A stretch of 64,000 nucleotides of DNA from Ramazzottius varieornatus (Eukaryota; Animalia; Tardigrada). Both the position numbers and the translations under genes were made by a program. The stretch's first letter is position 1; each line of letters begins with the position of its first letter. Where the stretch lies: the NCBI GenBank assembly GCA_001949185.1, contig BDGG01000003.1, positions 2,173,663 to 2,237,662 of the forward strand. The letters run 5' to 3'. Below are positions 62,525 through 64,000 of the stretch, piece by piece. The notes beneath the pieces are model-generated. The model was not told where the DNA came from. It saw only the letters and a list, made by a program, of their open reading frames with translations, and did not search any database.

Positions 62525-63209
62525 CTTAGCAGGCGGTGGGTAAATTGAAAATCTCCGAGGTGTTGGGGACGAGAGGGAAGGTTCTCGGGAGCTCACGTCA
62601 AAGTGGAGAAGACTACGTACAAAGCGGATCAGGCGAAAATGAGACATGTTTGCACCGGAAGTCGAACTGCGGTCATTCTCGAGCAGGCTGGAATGGATGC
62701 ATCGGGAGAGTGATCGGTATCGGCCTGTCAAATTTGCCTTCTACAGGGCAGTTTGACAAGCTATTCTATGCTTGCACTCGGTGCGTCCATGCCAATATGT
62801 TCTCGAGATTGCGACTTTGCAGCGACCTACCGTAGCAGTGTGAGACTTGCGAGTTTTATCAGCTTTTCCTGATTTGCCCACCGTTGTCCACAAGATATCC
62901 TTTTCCTTCCCGCCTCCCCAGCGTGCCAGACTTCTTCCTTTGAAGTCGGAACTTCAGCGTCCTGGAATCGTACTACCAGTGGGACACGCGTCAGCTGTTG
63001 GAGCTGTCCATCTTGAAGAGGTTGGGGACTGAACGTACAGTAATTCACGTAGACAGAGGAGCGAAATTATTGCTGGCTAACAACCTGACTAACGATTATC
63101 CTGGAACTTATCCTGATTTCGCCATGAAGGTTCGTCTCTGAATATTCACTACCAGGCCGAGGACTTACACGTGAATATCGAGCGGGAGGAGCGGACCGAG
63201 AGAGAGAGG

Positions 63210-63731
63210 ATGCCTAGTTTGAGCTCGCCAGAATATCAGCCGCTTACTCAGTCTGCAGCTCCATCTGGTCAGTTTCGTCCGCAAGCATGGGATCCTTGGT
63301 TAAGTCTTTCTCAGATTGGTGCCGTTCAAGCAGTGTTCTACGTCTCAGCCACAACGTTCCTGGCTATCGGAAGCCACTTCCTGCAGTTCCCTCTAAGCCT
63401 TCGATATGTCTTCGATCCTGCAAGGACGAACATATCCTCGTCGGATGGGAAGTGGTTGATAGCCATGTACTTTCTGAATGCTTTGATTCTAGCTTTTGTT
63501 CTTTCTGTTTTAGTAAGACGCTCCAAGCTGTGCTTGGACTTTGTTATAACATGCCAGCTTCTTCATTTGATATCTTGCTGGTGTTACACTTCGTTTTTTC
63601 CGAGCAGCGTCAGCTGGTGGCTTGTTCAAGTCATGAGTGCCATTGTGGCTACGTTTCTTGGGGAATACTTATGTTTAAGGGTGGAAATGGAAGCGATACC
63701 TCTTTCGCAGGCTGTTCGCTCTGATGTTTGA
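63210..63731 (+). CDS. SYS1: Golgi membrane protein SYS1 homolog (single exon)
   Basis: 'FRPQAWDPWLSLSQI..VQAVFY', 'VRRSKLCLDF', 'FPSSVSWW', 'LGEYLCLRVEM..IP', with four hydrophobic segments. Confidence 0.9.
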   Translation: MPSLSSPEYQPLTQSAAPSGQFRPQAWDPWLSLSQIGAVQAVFYVSATTFLAIGSHFLQFPLSLRYVFDPARTNISSSDGKWLIAMYFLNALILAFVLSVLVRRSKLCLDFVITCQLLHLISCWCYTSFFPSSVSWWLVQVMSAIVATFLGEYLCLRVEMEAIPLSQAVRSDV

Positions 63732-63827
63732 TTTTTGTTGATATTTTATTGATCAGAGCTCATTTTATCATTATGGTTACTTTCTCCAGTGAAGATGGAC
63801 TTGTCCACTGTCAAGCAAAGAATAACC

Positions 63828-63881
63828 TGGGCAACTTTGAAGCAACTTGGGCAACTTTGAAGCAACTTGGGCAACTTTGAA
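63828..63881. repeat. 20-bp tandem repeat (~2.7 copies)
   Basis: TGGGCAACTTTGAAGCAACT x2 plus a partial copy. Confidence 0.9.
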
Positions 63882-64000
63882 TAAATCAGATTCGAGATGT
63901 TATCGTTAGATCAACCAATCAAACGACAAATTTAAGATTTCGAATTTTTTGACCTTTGCCACGTTTCTCTGCAAGGGTAAAGCGGTCACTAAAGAGAAAC

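Noticed and set aside
63828-63881. Tandem repeats (also 17293-17359) as CRISPR-like arrays
   Set aside because: No unique spacers, no cas genes, and the context is eukaryotic.

Overview
This is compact, intron-rich animal (invertebrate) genomic DNA with many 50-90 nt GT-AG introns. That style is consistent with a tardigrade-like genome, but the taxon is an inference. One 50-N assembly gap lies at 27547-27596. Genes in order: 3' part of EPG5 (+); a small single-Ig protein with RRxS micro-exons (-); a secreted Gly/Pro/Gln/His-rich orphan (-); a complete 2.85-kb pogo-type DNA transposon with 57-bp TIRs, TA TSD and a broken, intron-containing transposase (-); an intronless bacterial-type EgtD/Methyltransf_33 gene (+) starting 5 nt after the transposon TSD; a GPR158/179-like GPCR (-); a chitin-binding peritrophin-A protein (-); Abl kinase (-); a PB1 + 5x C2HC zinc-finger protein (+); TRPA1 (+); valyl-tRNA synthetase (-); a YqjG-type glutathionyl-hydroquinone reductase (-); and SYS1 (+). 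Three things stand out. (1) The EgtD-family enzyme is probably horizontally acquired, and its histidine-recognition residues are all replaced, suggesting an animal aromatic-amino-acid betaine synthase; a transposon sits in its apparent 5'UTR. (2) About 17 copies of a ~130-bp palindromic element (core CAAGTGGCGCAC..GTGCGCCACTTG) sit almost only in introns. (3) There are unusual architectures: PKA-site cassette micro-exons, a PB1-zinc-finger protein, and a TRPA1 lacking the electrophile-sensor cysteines. All exon boundaries and alignments were done by eye.
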